Shown here piece after piece: positions 62,442 to 64,000 of a stretch of DNA of 64,000 bases (positions are counted from its first letter, which is position 1; each line of letters opens with the position of its first letter). This DNA is from Cyanobacteria bacterium P01_D01_bin.156 (GTDB taxonomy: Bacteria > Cyanobacteriota > Cyanobacteriia > Phormidesmidales > Phormidesmidaceae). Under the pieces are notes generated by a model. That model made no database searches and was not told the origin of the DNA. It saw only the letters and a program-made list of their open reading frames with translations. The stretch lies in NCBI GenBank assembly GCA_039024555.1, contig JBCCQQ010000006.1, positions 1 to 64,000 on the forward strand. Reading direction: 5' to 3'. The position numbers and the translations under genes were made by a program.

Positions 62442-63083
62442 TCAAAGCGTTAACAAGCCATCGCCTGCCTGATGCACCTCATCCCATCTCGGCGAGCGGT
62501 AGTCATGATTCAAACTGCGATCAACATACCCGACAAGGCGCGGTAGGGATTCATCGCGGATTTCCTTCTGCAAAAATAGCCGAAGTTTCGTTTCCAAATC
62601 TTGGGGATAGTCGCGAACGATCGGATGCTTAACCACGATGGGCTGAGTTTCTCCTTGGGCCAAGTCAATTACAACATCCAAACTGAGTACTGCCAGAGAA
62701 CGAACAAAAATACCGGTTGCAGCAATCGTAAACTCACCATCCACCTGCTTTTGCTTGAGCACAGCCACAAAATGTCCGCCCTGGGGAACATCGTAAATCA
62801 GGCTACTGGGATCTTTTACAGGTTCAACCTCAATGTTGTATCCCTGGTTAAGTCCATCATTGAGGGTAATGTCTTCGTAATCTTGATTGGGATGGGGAAT
62901 ATAAATAGTAAATTGATGAATATCCAGCCAGGGATTATGAACTGGGTCATCACTATCTTGTTTCCAGGCATTGTACTGATGCCGCATCTCTTGTCCGAAA
63001 TGGCTTGCCGTATTACAGAGATGAATCAAGGCCATATTCAAAACGCACTGGTCAAACTTGCTGAGCAACCCAACAATCTGCAT
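62442..63083 (-). CDS. Hypothetical protein
   Basis: 213-aa ATG-started ORF with GAGGA upstream; no motif recognised. Confidence 0.65.
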   Translation of the reverse strand: MQIVGLLSKFDQCVLNMALIHLCNTASHFGQEMRHQYNAWKQDSDDPVHNPWLDIHQFTIYIPHPNQDYEDITLNDGLNQGYNIEVEPVKDPSSLIYDVPQGGHFVAVLKQKQVDGEFTIAATGIFVRSLAVLSLDVVIDLAQGETQPIVVKHPIVRDYPQDLETKLRLFLQKEIRDESLPRLVGYVDRSLNHDYRSPRWDEVHQAGDGLLTL

Positions 63084-63713
63084 GGCTGAATCCTCGTGAG
63101 GATAATCTCTAACCTAGTTATTAGGAAAGATAACAAACAAATATTCTGTATGAATAACTGCAAAATAGCTCCTGTTCAAATTCTCTTAATATCGTTTTGC
63201 TGGGCAAAATTGAGTCAATAAGCCCATAAATAAAAACACGTTTTTTGATTGTTCTTAAAAAGTTTTCAAGATGGACGGCATTATCTCGATATCTTGTATG
63301 TATAGCAACAAAATACTGACCAAAATGGTTCACTATGGACCTTAAAAGGACTGGCTCGGCTGGTGTTTAGATGTTGTGGATTCTTGTTTTACGACCTGTA
63401 CCCTAAGATAGTGATGGATATTTTCACGAGCACTCTGAAGTGAGAGTTCAACGTCAACCAAACATTCTATCCAATGCATTAACTTGTAAATCTTTCTTTC
63501 TTGGACAGGGGGGTCATGTAGCTAAAACCTATTTCGCAGGAAGCGATCGCAGATTCTGATGATGCGCTCACAATTGCGGTCATCACTAACGTTACCAGTC
63601 ACTGTATTTTGGCGATGACACTTGGACAATCGCCTGATCTCAGCTTGCGCCTATTGGACCAGAAAATGCTAGCTAGCATTAAACAGTGATGTATTACAAG
63701 TAAACGAGGCATA

Positions 63714-63899
63714 ATGAACAACTCCATGGAACCCATTACCCTTAACTCGACAGATGAAAACGCAGTGGAAGATTTGGTAATGTCTCTCATTCAGACTGAA
63801 TCCACTGATTACACTATCTTAAATGAGCACCAAGAGGACATTACCCACGAGATTAAGAAGCTCGTATCACTCATGACTAGAATGCTCAAAGGCCGATAG
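63714..63899 (+). CDS. Small hypothetical protein
   Basis: 61-aa ATG-started ORF with GAGG upstream and helical composition. Confidence 0.45.
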   Translation: MNNSMEPITLNSTDENAVEDLVMSLIQTESTDYTILNEHQEDITHEIKKLVSLMTRMLKGR

Positions 63900-64000
63900 T
63901 TTATACTCTCTTACATAATCCACCCACCAGAGGGTGTGGAGCTTTGTCATGTTTAGAGAAAATAGGCGCAGGGCTATAGTGAAGAATCGGATTGAAAGCT

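Noticed and set aside
63084..63110. GGCTGAATCCTCG...GATAAT resembling end A of the dispersed element
   Set aside because: The match is gapped, has no partner end, and overlaps a probable ribosome-binding site.

Overview
This window is cyanobacterial chromosome: it has frequent HIP1 GCGATCGC octamers, a Flv1-type flavodiiron gene, menF/menD and DUF928 genes. A filamentous Leptolyngbya-like host is an inference. It opens with the probable end of an IS5-like element that truncates a filamentous-haemagglutinin (FHA/TPS) gene, followed by a TPR-CHAT protease. Next come nagB-like, UPF0182, a histidine kinase, a GT4, DUF3318, dusB and a DMT gene, then an unusual ArsR-headed pstSCAB operon and an AraC/aldo-keto reductase pair. 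A ~24 kb signalling island (24.1-48.2 kb) holds two CHASE2-GGDEF-EAL proteins, two DUF928 proteins, a TPR-CHAT protease, an FHA protein and two NTPase-less TIR-TM-WD40 proteins, one with three tandem TIR domains. A speD-speE fusion and agmatinase lie inside it. The right end has menD, menF, flv1, a hydrolase, a Ser/Thr kinase, a two-component pair, and a TetR with a Coq4-like target. Five copies of a ~90-100 bp intergenic element with conserved inverted ends and divergent interiors were found by eye. No rRNA, tRNA or CRISPR array was seen. All calls come from motif recognition; no database searches were run.
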